Assembly: GCA_950097015.1 (NCBI GenBank)
Contig: CATNEN010000034.1
Span: forward strand, 4,836,001-4,900,000
Reading direction: 5' to 3'
Source of the DNA: Macrostomum hystrix
Lineage: Eukaryota > Animalia > Platyhelminthes
Length of the DNA stretch: 64,000 nt
Shown here: positions 1 to 12,737 of the stretch, piece by piece
How positions within the stretch are numbered: position 1 is the stretch's first letter
Layout of the letters: every line of letters starts with the position of its first letter
Translations under genes and position numbers: made by a program
Notes under the pieces: generated by a model
Databases searched by the model: none
What the model was told of the DNA's origin: nothing
What the model saw: the letters and a program-made list of their open reading frames with translations, nothing else

Positions 1-367
1 AGAAAACGATGAGAGCGAAAATCTTGTTCTGATCGCGAAAAAAATCCTATTGCTGAGCCACCAACCCCATTACTCCATCACTCACTCACTCACTCGGGTC
101 TGGTCAGAAATCCTCAATCTCCCCATGCCTAAGGGTCCAGAAATTGGGGAGAAATCGCCGAGGACTTCCTCCTGGACGCCACGTTTCCTCAACTGGGTCG
201 CCAACCCCCCCCCCGAATTCGACTTCGAAGCTCTTATCGACTCAGCCACTGCAGTACGCACACTGAGTTCATAGTGTAACATTCAATCAGGCTATTTCCG
301 TTCCGTTCGGGCACTAGCAATATCCCCGAGCAGAATTCGCTCCTAAAATCTCTCGCATTCATTACAG

Positions 368-500
368 ATGACTGTGGTTTCGTCAGCCACAATGCTACTA
401 GGACTCACCGGCAGTCGCTTCCTGGCTGTGGTGCACCCGTGGGAGAACCGGAAGGTCAACCCCGCGAGAGCCAAGGTGGCCTGTCTCGTTGCATGGATCT
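368..500 (+). CDS. Class A GPCR (galanin/allatostatin-A-like neuropeptide receptor), internal exon TM3-TM4
   Basis: ttacag acceptor; MTVVSSATMLLGLTGSRFLAVVHPW...KVACLVAWI; phase-1 gtgagt donor at 501. TM1-2 exons are presumably upstream of the window. Confidence 0.8.
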
Positions 501-520
501 GTGAGTCAACAGTCTCACAT

Positions 521-2480
521 CCGTTTATCTCAAAGCTTATCCGTTTATCTCATAGCTTATCCGTTTATCTCATAGCTTAACTGTTTATCTCATAGCTTAA
601 CTGTTTACCTCATAGCTTAACTGTTTATCTCAAAGCTTATCCGTTTATCTCATAGCTTATCTGTTTATCTCATAGCTTATCTGTTTATCTCAAAGCTTAT
701 CCGTTTATCTCATAGCTTAACTGTTTATCTCAAAGCTTATCTGTTTATCTCATAGCTTAATTGTTTATCTCATAGCTTAACTGTTTATCTCAAAGCTTAT
801 CCGTTTATCTCAAAGCTTATCTGTTTATCTCAAAGCTTATCTGTTTATCTCAAAGCTTATCTGTTTATCTCAAAGCTTATCCGTTTATCTCAAAGCTTAT
901 CTGTTTATCTCAAAGCTTATCTGTTTATCTCAAAGCTTATCCGTTTATCTCAAAGCTTATCTGTTTATCTCAAAGCTTATCTGTTTATCTCAAAGCTTAT
1001 CCGTTTATCTCATAGCTTATCTGTTTATCTCAAAGCTTATCCGTTTATCTCAAAGCTTATCTGTTTATCTCAAAGCTTATCTGTTTATCTCAAAGCTTAT
1101 CCGTTTATCTCAAAGCTTATCTGTTTATCTCAAAGCTTATCCGTTTATCTCATAGCTTATCTGTTTATCTCAAAGCTTATCCGTTTATCTCAAAGCTTAT
1201 CTGTTTATCTCAAAGCTTATCTGTTTATCTCAAAGCTTATCTGTTTATCTCATAGCTTAACTGTTTATCTCAAAGCTTATCCGTTTATCTCAAAGCTTAT
1301 CTGTTTATCTCAAAGCTTATCTGTTTATCTCAAAGCTTATCTGTTTATCTCAAAGCTTATCCGTTTATCTCAAAGCTTATCCGTTTATCTCAAAGCTTAT
1401 CTGTTTATCTCATAGCTTATCTGTTTATCTCAAAGCTTATCCGTTTATCTCATCGCTTATCTGTTTATCTCAAAGCTTATCCGTTTATCTCAAAGCTTAT
1501 CTGTTTATCTCAAAGCTTATCTGTTTATCTCAAAGCTTATCTGTTTATCTCAAAGCTTATCCGTTTATCTCAAAGCTTAACTGTTTATCTCAAAGCTTAT
1601 CCGTTTATCTCATCGCTTATCTGTTTATCTCAAAGCTTATCCGTTTATCTCAAAGCTTATCTGTTTATCTCAAAGCTTATCCGTTTATCTCAAAGCTTAT
1701 CTGTTTATCTCAAAGCTTATCTGTTTATCTCATAGCTTATCTGTTTATCTCAAAGCTTATCCGTTTATCTCAAAGCTTATCTGTTTATCTCAAAGCTTAT
1801 CTGTTTATCTCAAAGCTTATCCGTTTATCTCAAAGCTTATCTGTTTATCTCAAAGCTTATCTGTTTATCTCAAAGCTTATCCGTTTATCTCATAGCTTAT
1901 CTGTTTATCTCATAGCTTATCTGTTTATCTCAAAGCTTATCCGTTTATCTCATAGCTTAACTGTTTATCTCATAGCTTATCCGTTTATCTCATAGCTTAT
2001 CCGTTTATCTCATAGCTTAACTGTTTATCTCATAGCTTATCCGTTTATCTCATCGCTTAACTGTTTATCTCATAGCTTATCTGTTTATCTCAAAGCTTAT
2101 CCGTTTATCTCATAGCTTAACTGTTTATCTCAAAGCTTATCCGTTTATCTCATAGCTTAACTGTTTATCTCATAGCTTAACTGTTTATCTCATAGCTTAT
2201 CCGTTTATCTCATAGCTTAACTGTTTATCTCATAGCTTATCTGTTTATCTCAAAGCTTATCCGTTTATCTCATAGCTTAACTGTTTATCTCATAGCTTAT
2301 CCGTTTATCTCATAGCTTATCCGTTTATCTCATAGCTTAACTGTTTATCTCATAGCTTATCCGTTTATCTCATAGCTTAACTGTTTATCTCATAGCTTAT
2401 CTGTTTATCTCAAAGCTTATCCGTTTATCTCATAGCTTAACTGTTTATCTCATAGCTTATCCGTTTATCTCATAGCTTAT
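521..2480. repeat. 20-bp minisatellite (CTGTTTATCTCATAGCTTAT), about 98 units, in GPCR intron
   Basis: Directly visible periodicity; a degenerate tail continues to about 2570. Confidence 0.98.
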
Positions 2481-4627
2481 CTGGTTATCTCGAAATCTAA
2501 TCCGATTATCTAAAATCTAATCAGGTTATCTAAAATCTTACCCATCTATCTCAAATCTTATCCATTTGTCTCAAATGTCTCTCCTTTTCTCTAGTCTATC
2601 TGTCAATAAAATGTGTCTTCATTGTTTCTTATCAGCACTGAGCTGAATTTCAGTGTCGAATCGATCGATATTGCAAAGTAAGAAGCTGTGTATTTTAGCT
2701 CCCATATCTCGGTGTATCGTAAAATGTTGTTGATCTGATCCCAAGGCCCGTGTTTGGGGAGTGAGAGTGACACTTAAAAGTACACAGTATGGCAAGGCTT
2801 TTCTCTGCTGATCTAAGCGAGGCTGGTTGGAGCTGCGATTTCACTGATACAAGTTTAAGTGACTGGTCCATTGAAAGTGACATAAAAATCGATATACTCA
2901 AACACCTTCAACTGTTTCACCCATCGCCCTTTCCTGCTCCCAGCCCTTCCTCGCCTATTTCTGGATTCTCGAGTTTAATCACCCCCCCGTTGGGATCCGG
3001 TGGGTAGGGACGGGACAGAAGGGATTAGTAGTTTTCAAAACTCCCTACTCAAAGTGTGAAGCGGAGAGACATGAGCTGGGGTTGTCCTAACGAGTCTCGA
3101 TCCTCTCTTATCCCCGCCCCAATCGACCGCTCGCCCACCCTCCGCTTTACTCCAATCTGCATTGCTTTGGCAGCACGGTTGCTCATTTCGGAGCTCACAC
3201 AAGTGGCAAGGTCCAGTACCAAGCTGGCGGGACTTTAATTGTACGAAGGCGATTTAAGCTGCAGCGTTTTGGTAAACCTGCTGCCATGTAGCAGCTCACA
3301 GTGACAGCAACACAAACTTCAGCCTGTAAATTATGCCACCATCTCCCCCGAGACTAACCAAGTGATTTTAAAGGCCCATTATCGCCTTAATGAGTCTGGA
3401 TATTGGACCAATTGGGAGTAGTGACAGTGGTCGGTTCGGAATCCCAGGCCTATACAGTACCATTGAGTAATCTGTGTAAAATCGTACAGTACGTACACTC
3501 CGAAAGGAAAAACACGAACGCAGCGCTTACCGATCGGAAGACGCAGGATGAAGCAGGTGGCTGCTCGGTGTATTTTCATGATTTCATGCAATAAAATGAG
3601 TCTTCGCAGTAAGAGACCGTCTCGCGGGGAGTGGGGCAGACAGGGGAGGCGGTGCACAAACTACCAAAGTTGGGGGAGGTAGGGTTGAACGCGCTGGCCG
3701 GTTGGGCGGACAAAGCTACGCAGTGCTGATTGGCGGGAGGGGCAAAGCCACACAGGGCTGGGATAAGGGTTAACAGACAACGCCCGCGCCCAGCCAATCA
3801 GGTGGCGGCTGAGGGCACACAGAGCAGGGATGGGGGAGGAGGGTGAGAGGGCGAGGCCAAGGCCGAGCTAACCAAACCGGCCTGAAACAACGGCCTAGCA
3901 GTCGACAATTCTCAACCGCCTCAGAAGCAAAGCCACTACATGTGTGTAGCGAGCGACTGTGATTACACTTGCGCTCTGGTGACTTATAGTTCGCTCGTTT
4001 GATATAGTTGTAACTATGGGCGGGAGGCCTTAGGCATCAAATGTTGGCACTTGCACGAAAAGCCTCCAAGCATTTTTCTAACCACACCTTTTTAGACGAG
4101 CTAACTTTATCTGCCCAGATTGCTAATTTGAATTTGAGTCATAACATACAGACATTGATTTGCGTTAATCGATTAAAAAACGGCAAGAAAAAAAACATTT
4201 GAATCGAAGCTTTTACGGAGGACTTAAAAAAATGAATGAAAATTGCACAGTCAAATACAGTGTCTTAGTAAATAAAATTAACTGAAAATGAAAGACTGAG
4301 GAATTGACGATTTCTTATTCATATTTTTCTTTAATTCTGTCAGCGGGAGTTCGGTGTTAACCATGTTGGTTATTATTGTTGAGTATTATTGAACCAACAT
4401 GGAGTCGCCACAGAGGTTTACACAGAGCAATGTCAGTTGTCCTTGTCACCAGGGTCTTCGACAAGAATCCACTGAATATCTCGACGATGGTGACGTCGGA
4501 TGGCTTCAAAAAAGTAGATCGTAAAGGGCGATAACATATTTCGAAGCCTGCCAAATAGCTCTAGAAGTGGTTAGTAGGTACAATTACTAATTCCTTACCC
4601 ACAAAAATCGCCAAACTGGTTTTCCAG

Positions 4628-4827
4628 TCGGAGCGTTCGTCAGCATACCGAACCCGGTGGTGTTCAGCGTGAACCTGTCATCGGAGGGCTATCTAGTTTG
4701 TCAGGACTCATTCACCGACAGTCAGCGCGTGGCCTACTCTGTAGTGATCCTGCTGTTCTCATACCTGCTGCCATTTTTCGCCATTGTGCTCATGAATTGT
4801 TTGATTGTTCGCAAGCTAAAACAGGAG
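4628..4827 (+). CDS. GPCR exon TM4-ECL2-TM5
   Basis: ttccag acceptor, phase matches the previous exon; FGAFVSIPNPVVF...LVCQD...FSYLLPFFAIVLMNCLIVRKLKQE; gtgagt donor at 4828, phase 0. Confidence 0.85.
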
Positions 4828-5136
4828 GTGAGTGAGTTTGCCATTATTTTCCAACACTTTTGCTCCAATTTAGTAACTGTTTTGTGCCCTGATTTGGAAG
4901 TAAACAGAGGCTAATGTTTATCATAGTGACGTCTCCACTCAAGATTTATGGCTAAAAAACCTGAATTGCAGCATTTCCAATCTGAGTAATTAGAGAAATA
5001 CCTGCTTTCACTAAAAGATCAATTAATAAATTTGCTGGCTTTTCTCGGTTGTGAGACAAAAATAAAATGCTCTAAACCTGAACGTTTAATAATTATGAGA
5101 AGTAATTTGTGTAAAAGGTTTCGATTTATCATTTTA

Positions 5137-6474
5137 AGGCACAGGGTTTGGGGTGTCAATTTAGGCACAGGGTTTGGGTGTGTCAATTTAGGCACAGGGT
5201 TTGGGGTGTGTCACTTTATGCACAGGGTTTGGGGTGTGTCACTTTAGGCGCAGGGTTTGGGGTGTCACCTTAGGCACAGGGTTTGGGGTGTGTCACTTTA
5301 GGCACAGGGTTTGGGGTGTGTCAATTTAGGCACAGGGTTTGGGGTGTGTCACTTTAGGCACAGGGTTTGGGTGTGTCAATTTAGGCACATGGTTTGGGGT
5401 GTGTCACTTTATGCACAGGGTTTGGGGTGTGTCACTTTAGGCACAGGGTTTGGGGTGTCACTTTAGGCACAGGGTTTGGGGTGTGTCACTTTATGCACAG
5501 GGTTTGGGGTGTGTCACTTTAGGCACAGGGTTTGGGGTGTCACTTTAGGCACAGGGTTTGGGGTGTGTCACTTTAGGCACAGGGTTTGGGGTGTGTCACT
5601 TTAGGCACAGGGTTTGGGGTGTGTCAATTTAGGCACAGGGTTTGGGGTGTGTCACTTTAGGCACAAGGTTTGGGTGTGTCAATTTAGGCACAGGGTTTGG
5701 GGTGTGTCACTTTATGCACAGGGTTTGGGGTGTGTCACTTTAGGCACAGGGTTTGGGGTGTCACTTTAGGCACAGGGTTTGGGGTGTGTCACTTTAGGCA
5801 CAGGGTTTGGGGTGTGTCAATTTAGGCACAGGGTTTGGGGTGTGTCACTTTAGGCACAGGGTTTGGGGTGTGTCACTTTAGGCACAGGGTTTGGGGTGTG
5901 TCACTTTAGGCACAGGGTTTGGGGTGTGTCACTTTAGGCACAGGGTTTGGGGTGTGTCAATTTAGGCACAGGGTTTGGGGTGTGTCAATTTAGGCACAGG
6001 GTTTGGGGTGTGTCACTTTAGGCACAAGGTTTGGGTGTGTCAATTTAGGCACAGGGTTTGGGGTGTGTCACTTTATGCACAGGGTTTGGGGTGTGTCACT
6101 TTAGGCACAGGGTTTGGGGTGTCACTTTAGGCACAGGGTTTGGGGTGTGTCACTTTAGGCACAGGGTTTGGGGTGTGTCAATTTAGGCACAGGGTTTGGG
6201 GTGTGTCACTTTAGGCACAGGGTTTGGGGTGTGTCACTTTAGGCACAGGGTTTGGGGTGTGTCACTTTAGGCACAGGGTTTGGGGTGTGTCACTTTAGGC
6301 ACAGGGATTGGGGTGTCACCTTAGGCACAGGGTTTGGGGTGTGTCACTTTAGGCACAGGGTTTGGGGTGTGTCACTTTAGGCACAGGGTTTGGGGTGTGT
6401 CACTTTAGGCACAGGGATTGGGGTGTCACCTTAGGCACAGGGTTTGGGGTGTGTCACTTTAGGCACAGGGTTTG
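5137..6474. repeat. 26-28-bp G-rich minisatellite (AGGCACAGGGTTTGGGGTGTGTCACTTT)
   Basis: Directly visible tandem array, about 48 units. Confidence 0.98.
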
Positions 6475-6599
6475 AAAATTGAAATTACTGTACATCAGTC
6501 AGCTAAAATACTGAGGGAATCCGATAGGATGATAATTTAACACGTGTGTGTGTTTTGTCTCAGAGGAATATATAAGTAATAATAAGAATTTTAACATTT

Positions 6600-6860
6600 C
6601 AGGAGGGCTGCGGGCAATGGCACATCACTTGGTGACACTTCTGCCCATTTCGCTGACTCCTGAGCACACACGCACACAGATACTGTACGCAGGCATGCAT
6701 ATACACACACAGGTGTGTACATCTGCCCTGACTTTCTCATCGTCAGGCCGTGTACACTCTCACTGTGCCTTGGGATTTACGCTCTCAAGGGCGTAAATTG
6801 CACGACAAGCCCCCAAGCCTTCTCTACGCGGCTGCGGCCGAAATAAATGTGGCCTCGCCG
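6600..6860 (-). mobile_element. tRNA-derived SINE copy, head truncated
   Basis: Colinear with the SINE copies at 63170-63513 (same strand) and 11005-11200 (opposite strand). Confidence 0.8.
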
Positions 6861-7070
6861 ACTCCTGAGCCCCTGAGCTCGAGTCCCTGAGCTCGAGTCC
6901 CTGAGCTCGAGTCCCTGAGCTCGAGTCCCTGAGCCCCTGAGCTCGAGTCCCTGAGCTCCTGAGCTCGAGTCCCTGAGCTCCTGAGCTCGAGTCCCTGAGC
7001 TCCTGAGCTCGAGTCCCTGAGCTCCTGAGCTCGAGTCCCTGAGCTCCTGAGCTCGAGTCCCTGAGCTCGA
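6861..7070. repeat. Short array of CTGAGCTC/GAGTCC modules derived from the SINE B-box region
   Basis: The array runs directly into GAGCTCGATTCCGCGGCGAGG, the SINE head sequence also seen at 11066. Confidence 0.8.
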
Positions 7071-7125
7071 TTCCGCGGCGAGGCCACATTTATTTTAGCC
7101 GCAGCCGCGTAGAGAAGGCTTGAGG
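7055..7125 (+). mobile_element. SINE fragment, inverted relative to the 6600-6860 copy
   Basis: 7077-7122 is a near-perfect reverse complement of 6814-6860. Confidence 0.8.
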
Positions 7126-7145
7126 TCTTGGCTTCGGCAGAGAGT

Positions 7146-7205
7146 GTCGTGTCCTGATTGGGAGTGTCCTGATTGGGAGTGTCCTGATTGGGAATGTCCT
7201 GATTC
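7146..7205. repeat. 15-bp tandem repeat (GTGTCCTGATTGGGA) x4
   Basis: Directly visible. Confidence 0.9.
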
Positions 7206-7649
7206 TTGATTCTATGGTTAAAATTGAGTAGAAGTACAAGCTGGAGCAGTGGGGTGAGAGAGGGCGAGGGAAATGCCAGTTGCAGATCGGATGCAAGCTA
7301 GCAAGTCACGGGGGATTCGTTCTAGTTTCCGTCATCGCCATCAGGTTTTCGGATGCAGGAAGAGGCATTTGGATATAGAAGGGCTTCAAAAAAACTGAGA
7401 AATCCCCCTTCATACGCATCCGAGTGTCTGCAATGCGGAGGCTGAGCTAAATGAAGCAAGTTGCAATAATTCCTATACCTGCTCTGGTTCGAGCTGCGGG
7501 GCACCGTTGAGCAGTTCTCATGTTTTCAGTCAATGCTTTTAAGTAAACATTTCACTTCCATTAGTCTTCTGTAAGGGAAGATAATAAATGGACAAGCCAT
7601 GAACTACAGCTCTATTGGGACTTCTTCTTTAGGCCTTCTCACTTTAAGC

Positions 7650-8635
7650 CCTACTGAGAACTTTTAAACCCTACTCAGAACCTTCAAAACCTACTCAGAA
7701 CCTTCAAACCCTACTCAGAACCTTCAAATCCTACTCAGAACCTTCAAACCCTACTCAGAACCTTCAAACCCTACTCAGATCCTTCAATCCCTACCCAGAA
7801 ACTCCAAACCCTACTCACAACCTTCAAACCCTACTCAGAACTTTCAAACCCTACTCAGAACCTTCAAACCCTGCTCAGAACCTTCAAACCCTACTCAGAA
7901 CCTTCAAACCCTACCCAGAAACTCCAAACCCTACTCACAACCTTCAAACCCTACTCAGAACCTTCAAACCCTACCCAGAACCTTCAAACCCTACCCAGAA
8001 CCTTCAAACCCTGCTCAGAACCTTCAAACCCTACCCAGAAACTCCAAACCCTACTCACAACCTTCAAACCCTACTCAGAACCTTCAAACCCTACCCAGAA
8101 CCTTCAAACCCTACTCAGAACCTTCAAACCCTACTCAGATCCTTCAAACCCTACCCAGAAACTCCAAACCCTACTCACAACCTTCAAACCCTACTCAGAA
8201 CTTTCAAACCCTACTCAGAACCTTCAAACCCTGCTCAGAACCTTCAAACCCTACCCAGAAACTCCAAACCCTACTCACAACCTTCAAACCCTACTCAGAA
8301 CCTTCAAACCCTACCCAGAACCTTCAAACCCTACTCAGAACCTTCAAACCCTGCTCAGAACCTTCAAACCCTACCCAGAAACTCCAAACCCTACTCAAAA
8401 CCTTCAAACCCTACTCAGAACCTTCAAACCCTACCCAGAACCTTCAAACCCTGCTCAGAACCTTCAAACCCTACCCAGAAACTCCAAACCCTACTGACAA
8501 CCTTCAAACCCTACTCACAACCTTCAAACCCTACTCAGAACCTTCAAACCCTGCTCAGAACCTTCAAACCCTGCTCAGAACCTTCAAACCCTACTCAGAA
8601 CCTTCAAACCCTACTCAGAACCTTCAAGCCCTACA
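7650..8635. repeat. 20-bp minisatellite (CCTTCAAACCCTACTCAGAA) with recurring variant order
   Basis: Directly visible; the variant block ccca/actcc/caca recurs. Confidence 0.97.
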
Positions 8636-9037
8636 TAGACCCTTAAAACAATACTCAGACTCTTCTCAGACCCGAAATGTTTTTAAAACATGAATAACTT
8701 CCTCACGCCTTTCTTTTTCAAGTCTTGAAAGTCCTGGGAACTAAAAAATAAAAATTTAAACATACCTCTAAAGTCCACATCCCTGAACTTTCTCACCTTG
8801 CCACCGCAGTTTAATAGCAATGTTTCCCGTACTCCCAAGATCAAGTAGTCGAAGATTTTTCTAAAGATTGAAAAACGACGGCACGCAAAGTTCAATGATG
8901 AAACTAGAAAGCCAATTTTTTGCAATTGTTGAAAAGTTTTAGCGAAATCATTGATTTATCTATAAAAAGTTTGAATTGCTTGCGTGTTGAGTCCAACCCA
9001 ATTTGATTTGACCTTCGCATTTCGTTCAATTCCATAG

Positions 9038-9682
9038 GACTCAAAGTCGAGCTCAGATAAGAGACGCGAAAATAAGCGGCGGCTGCGCACCAAAGTCACC
9101 AAGATGGTTCTGGTCGTGACGTCACTGTACGGCATCTGCTGGTTCCCGACGGAGCTAATCAACTTCTGGTACAACGGGCTTCGCGACACCTTCCCGTTCA
9201 ACGGAGCGATGCTGGTGTTCAAGATCAGCGCCACCGCTCTGCACTATGCCTCCTGCTGCGTGAATCCCATTGTGTACTCAATGCTGAGCGGCTCATTCAA
9301 GGCTGCCATTGCGAAACAGTTCCCAACATTTGGACGACGCCTTGGCGGCGGCGGCGACGCGGGAGTCGGCGGTACTGCCGGAGGCGGCCTTGTCGGAGCA
9401 GGCGCCGGCGGGGCCAACGGCGGCCGGCATCGACGATGCACCGACAATGACATCGATGCAATTGACGAAGACAGTAATTCGCCAGCTCGTCAGCCACTGG
9501 CAGGCGGAGTGGACACGATGACCGTCTCGGGCGGCAAGCGCAACCGGCCAGCAGCAGCGGACGATGCGGCTGCCGAGGACGGAGGAGAAGTGCCATCGGC
9601 CAGCCTGAAACTGCTTGACAACGCAGACACATTGGCGGACAGTGCTGGCGATTACCCGCACTGTGAGATCACCGCTCTGTGA
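9038..9682 (+). CDS. GPCR last exon ICL3-TM6-TM7-C-tail
   Basis: tccatag acceptor in frame; KVTKMVLVVTSLYGICWFP (CWxP) and YASCCVNPIVY (NPxxY), helix 8 SGSFK, TGA stop. Confidence 0.9.
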   Translation, partial: DSKSSSDKRRENKRRLRTKVTKMVLVVTSLYGICWFPTELINFWYNGLRDTFPFNGAMLVFKISATALHYASCCVNPIVYSMLSGSFKAAIAKQFPTFGRRLGGGGDAGVGGTAGGGLVGAGAGGANGGRHRRCTDNDIDAIDEDSNSPARQPLAGGVDTMTVSGGKRNRPAAADDAAAEDGGEVPSASLKLLDNADTLADSAGDYPHCEITAL

Positions 9683-9872
9683 CTTCACCGCTCGCTTGGT
9701 CTTGTGGCTTTTGGCACTTCTACAAAATAGGCCACATAATTAGTTGCTATTCTTACTGCATACGCCACGCCGTGTTTGCTAACTCTAAAGTAAATCGCTT
9801 CAAAGGTAGGATGTTTAGTCGCGTCATACAAATACCCTACTATTTTAGTTACCGAGCTTAGTGCCCACCACG

Positions 9873-10615
9873 ACTGCAGTTTGTCACTCGCTCTACCCTC
9901 CTCTGCTGCAGTTTGTCACTCGCTCTACCCTCCTCTGCTGCAGTTTGTCACCCGCTCTACCCTCCTCTGCTGCAGTCTGTCACTCGCTCTACCCAGCTCC
10001 TCTGCTGCAGTTTGTCACTCGCTCTACCCAGCTCCTCTGCTGCAGTTTGTCACTCGCTCTACCCAGCTCCTCTGCTGCAGATTGTCACTCGCTCTACCCT
10101 CCTCTGCTGCAGTTTTTCACTCGCTCTACCCTTCTCTGCTGCAGTCTGTCACTCGCTCTACCCTCCTCTGCTGCAGTCTGTCACTCGCTCTACCCTCCTC
10201 TGCTGCAGTCTGTCACTCGCTCTACCCTCCTCTGCTGCAGTCTGTCACTCGCTCTACCCTTCTCTGCTGCAGTCTGTCACTCGCTCTACCCTCCTCTGCT
10301 GCAGTCTGTCACTCGCTCTACCCTCCTCTGCTGCAGTCTGTCACTCGCTCTACCCTTCTCTGCTGCAGTCTGTCACTCGCTCTACCCTCCTCTGCTGCAG
10401 TTTGTCACTCGCTCTACCCTCCTCTGCTGCAGTTTGTCACTCGCTCTACCCTCCTCTGCTGCAGTCTGTCACTCGCTCTACCCAGCTCCTCTGCTGCAGT
10501 TTGTCACTCGCTCTACCCAGCTCCTCTGCTGCAGTTTGTCACTCGCTCTACCCAGCTCCTCTGCTGCAGATTGTCACTCGCTCTACCCTCCTCTGCTGCA
10601 GTCTGTCACTCGCTG
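9873..10615. repeat. 32/35-bp minisatellite (CTGCAGTTTGTCACTCGCTCTACCCTCCTCTG) just 3' of the GPCR stop
   Basis: Directly visible. Confidence 0.97.
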
Positions 10616-11004
10616 CACAAAACCTAGTCGTGTATTTAACAAATCAATACTTTGTTTATAAGTTGTTTTTTGAACTGGTCGATAATCAATAACTTCTCAG
10701 AGCTTATTCTGTTCTCATCCGAGCCGTCCATTAGATATTTTTTTAGATGTCTAAATAAATTCATACTTTTATTTATGCTAGCATTCGTGACTTCGTTGTC
10801 TCAGTAAATCTGAAGCAAATCATTGTTCTTTTATGAGACAGTATGCACAAAGTGATTTTTCGCCGTTTTATAATGTCAAGCATCGTTGTTCTTGTAAATC
10901 GAAGCGTTTTTCGTAGTTATTCTCAATTAACACACGTTTGTATTTCTATCGACAAAAGACTATTCGAAGACATAATTTAGCCCATTCACTCTCGTGTCTG
11001 CATA

Positions 11005-11200
11005 GGTGTTGAGTGGCAGAGCGGTGTAACACGTTAGCCTCTCACACCAAGGTCCCTAGCTCGATTCCGCGGCGAGGACCAAACTCCCCTAAACTCAATT
11101 TACGCCCTTGAAGGCCAACCTCCAAGGCACAGTGAGAGTGTACACTGCCGGACGATGAGAAAGTCAGGGCAGATGTACACACTTGTGTGAGCGTGTGCGC
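11005..11200 (+). mobile_element. tRNA-derived SINE, 3'-truncated and internally rearranged
   Basis: A-box-like TGGCAGAGCGG and B-box-like GCTCGATTCC with tRNA spacing; body shared with the 6600 and 63170 copies. Confidence 0.8.
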
Positions 11201-11902
11201 AATATAAATTGTTTTATTCAGGTTAAAATGGAATCCGTTAAGGGTGATACGAGCTCGTAGAATTACAGTTTAATCTGTTCAATTTTAGTGTAACCAATAT
11301 AGTTTTGTGTTGTTGCACATTCTTTATTAAATATAGTAGTTATATGTTAACATTGTTCGATACATTACGTTAAAAGATAACCATTAATTAAAGCACATTT
11401 CGATCAATAAAGTACATGCGAGCTATATGCTATTAATATTAATAAATTAAAGTATGCTTTATCTTGTCTGCATCATCATTAATGAACTGAACAGACTGTG
11501 ACTGGCATCTCTACTGCTAGGTTTTTTTAAGCAGAAACCGATTATATCTAATGCTACGAGCTAACACAGCAACATTCATTTACATAGCGATGACAGATTC
11601 CGGTTCAGGTTGAAGTACATCAGTTGCTTTCCCTATCAAACTGGACTGCTAGACTATGCACGTTTTAGAGTTTAGAAGGGAGCTGTGGCCCCTTACCAAC
11701 AGGCGATAACTGCACGACAGCTTTTTAATGCTACGCTCGTAATAAAAATATGTAAATAGCTCGTGGTTATCTTGTTGTAGCAGCCGTCCTATCCTCTGAA
11801 ATGCTTAGATTAAACTCCATCAATTAATGTAGGACTTCGCGAACAATAATGCATTCCGTCAATGCTTTCTTTAACAACTGATGATTGTTTTATCTATAGA
11901 CC

Positions 11903-12737
11903 TAGCTGCGATTCTAGCTGCAGTTCCTGCTGCGATTCTAGCTGCAGTTCCTGCTGCAATTCTAGCTGCAGTTCCTGCTGCGATTCTAGCTGCAGTTCCT
12001 GCTGCGATTCTAGCTGCAGTTCCTGCTGCGATTCTAGATGCAGTTCCTGCTGCGATTCTAGGTGCAGTTCCTGCTGCGATTCTAGCTGCAGTTCCTGCTG
12101 CGATTCTAGATGCAGTTCCTGCTGCGATTCTAGCTGCAGTTCCTGCTGCGATTCTAGCTGCAGTTCCTGCTGCGATTCTAGCTACAGTTCCTGCTGCGAT
12201 TCTAGCTGCAGTTCCTGCTGCGATTCTAGCTGCAGTTCCTGCTGCGATTCTAGCTACAGTTCCTGCTGCGATTCTAGATGCAGTTCCTGCTGCGATTCTA
12301 GCTGCAGTTCCTGCTGCGATTCTAGCTACAGTTCCTGCTGCGATTCTAGCTGCAGTTCCTGCTGCGATTCTAGCTACAGTTCCTGCTGCGATTCTAGATG
12401 CAGTTCCTGCTGCGATTCTAGGTGCAGTTCCTGCTGCGATTCTAGCTGCAGTTCCTGCTGCGATTCTAGCTGCAGTTCCTGCTACACTTCTAGCTGCAGT
12501 TCCTGCTGCGATTCTAGCTACGGTTCCTGCTGCGATTCTAGATACAGTTCCTGCTGCGATTCTAGCTGCAGTTCCTGCTGCGATTCTAGCTACAGTTCCT
12601 GCTGCGATTCTAGCTGCAGTTCCTGCTGCGATTCTAGCTGCAGTTCCTGCTGCGATTCTAGCTACAGTTCCTGCTGCGATTCTAGCTACAGTTCCTGCTG
12701 CGATTCTAGCTGCAGTTCCTGCTGCGATTCTAGCTAC
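11903..12737. repeat. 24-bp minisatellite (GCTGCAGTTCCTGCTGCGATTCTA)
   Basis: Directly visible, about 35 units. Confidence 0.98.

Noticed and set aside
2695-4000. Short ORFs and CCAAT-rich GC segment in the GPCR intron
   Set aside because: No recognisable protein motif, termini or TSD; possibly a decayed TE but unsupported.
6725-6755. Hammerhead-like core CTGACGA..GAAA in the SINE (minus strand)
   Set aside because: No helix II, no helix III or NUH site can be formed, and the segment folds better as a simple hairpin.
7650-8635. Interstitial telomere
   Set aside because: It contains AAACCCTA only as part of a 20-bp unit, with no tandem telomeric repeats.
9861-10692. Three overlapping about 250-aa ORFs
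   Set aside because: All three frames are open across a 32/35-bp array, as expected for a non-coding repeat.
11005-11075. Functional tRNA gene
   Set aside because: The cloverleaf is incomplete and it continues into a body shared with other dispersed copies, so it is a SINE head.
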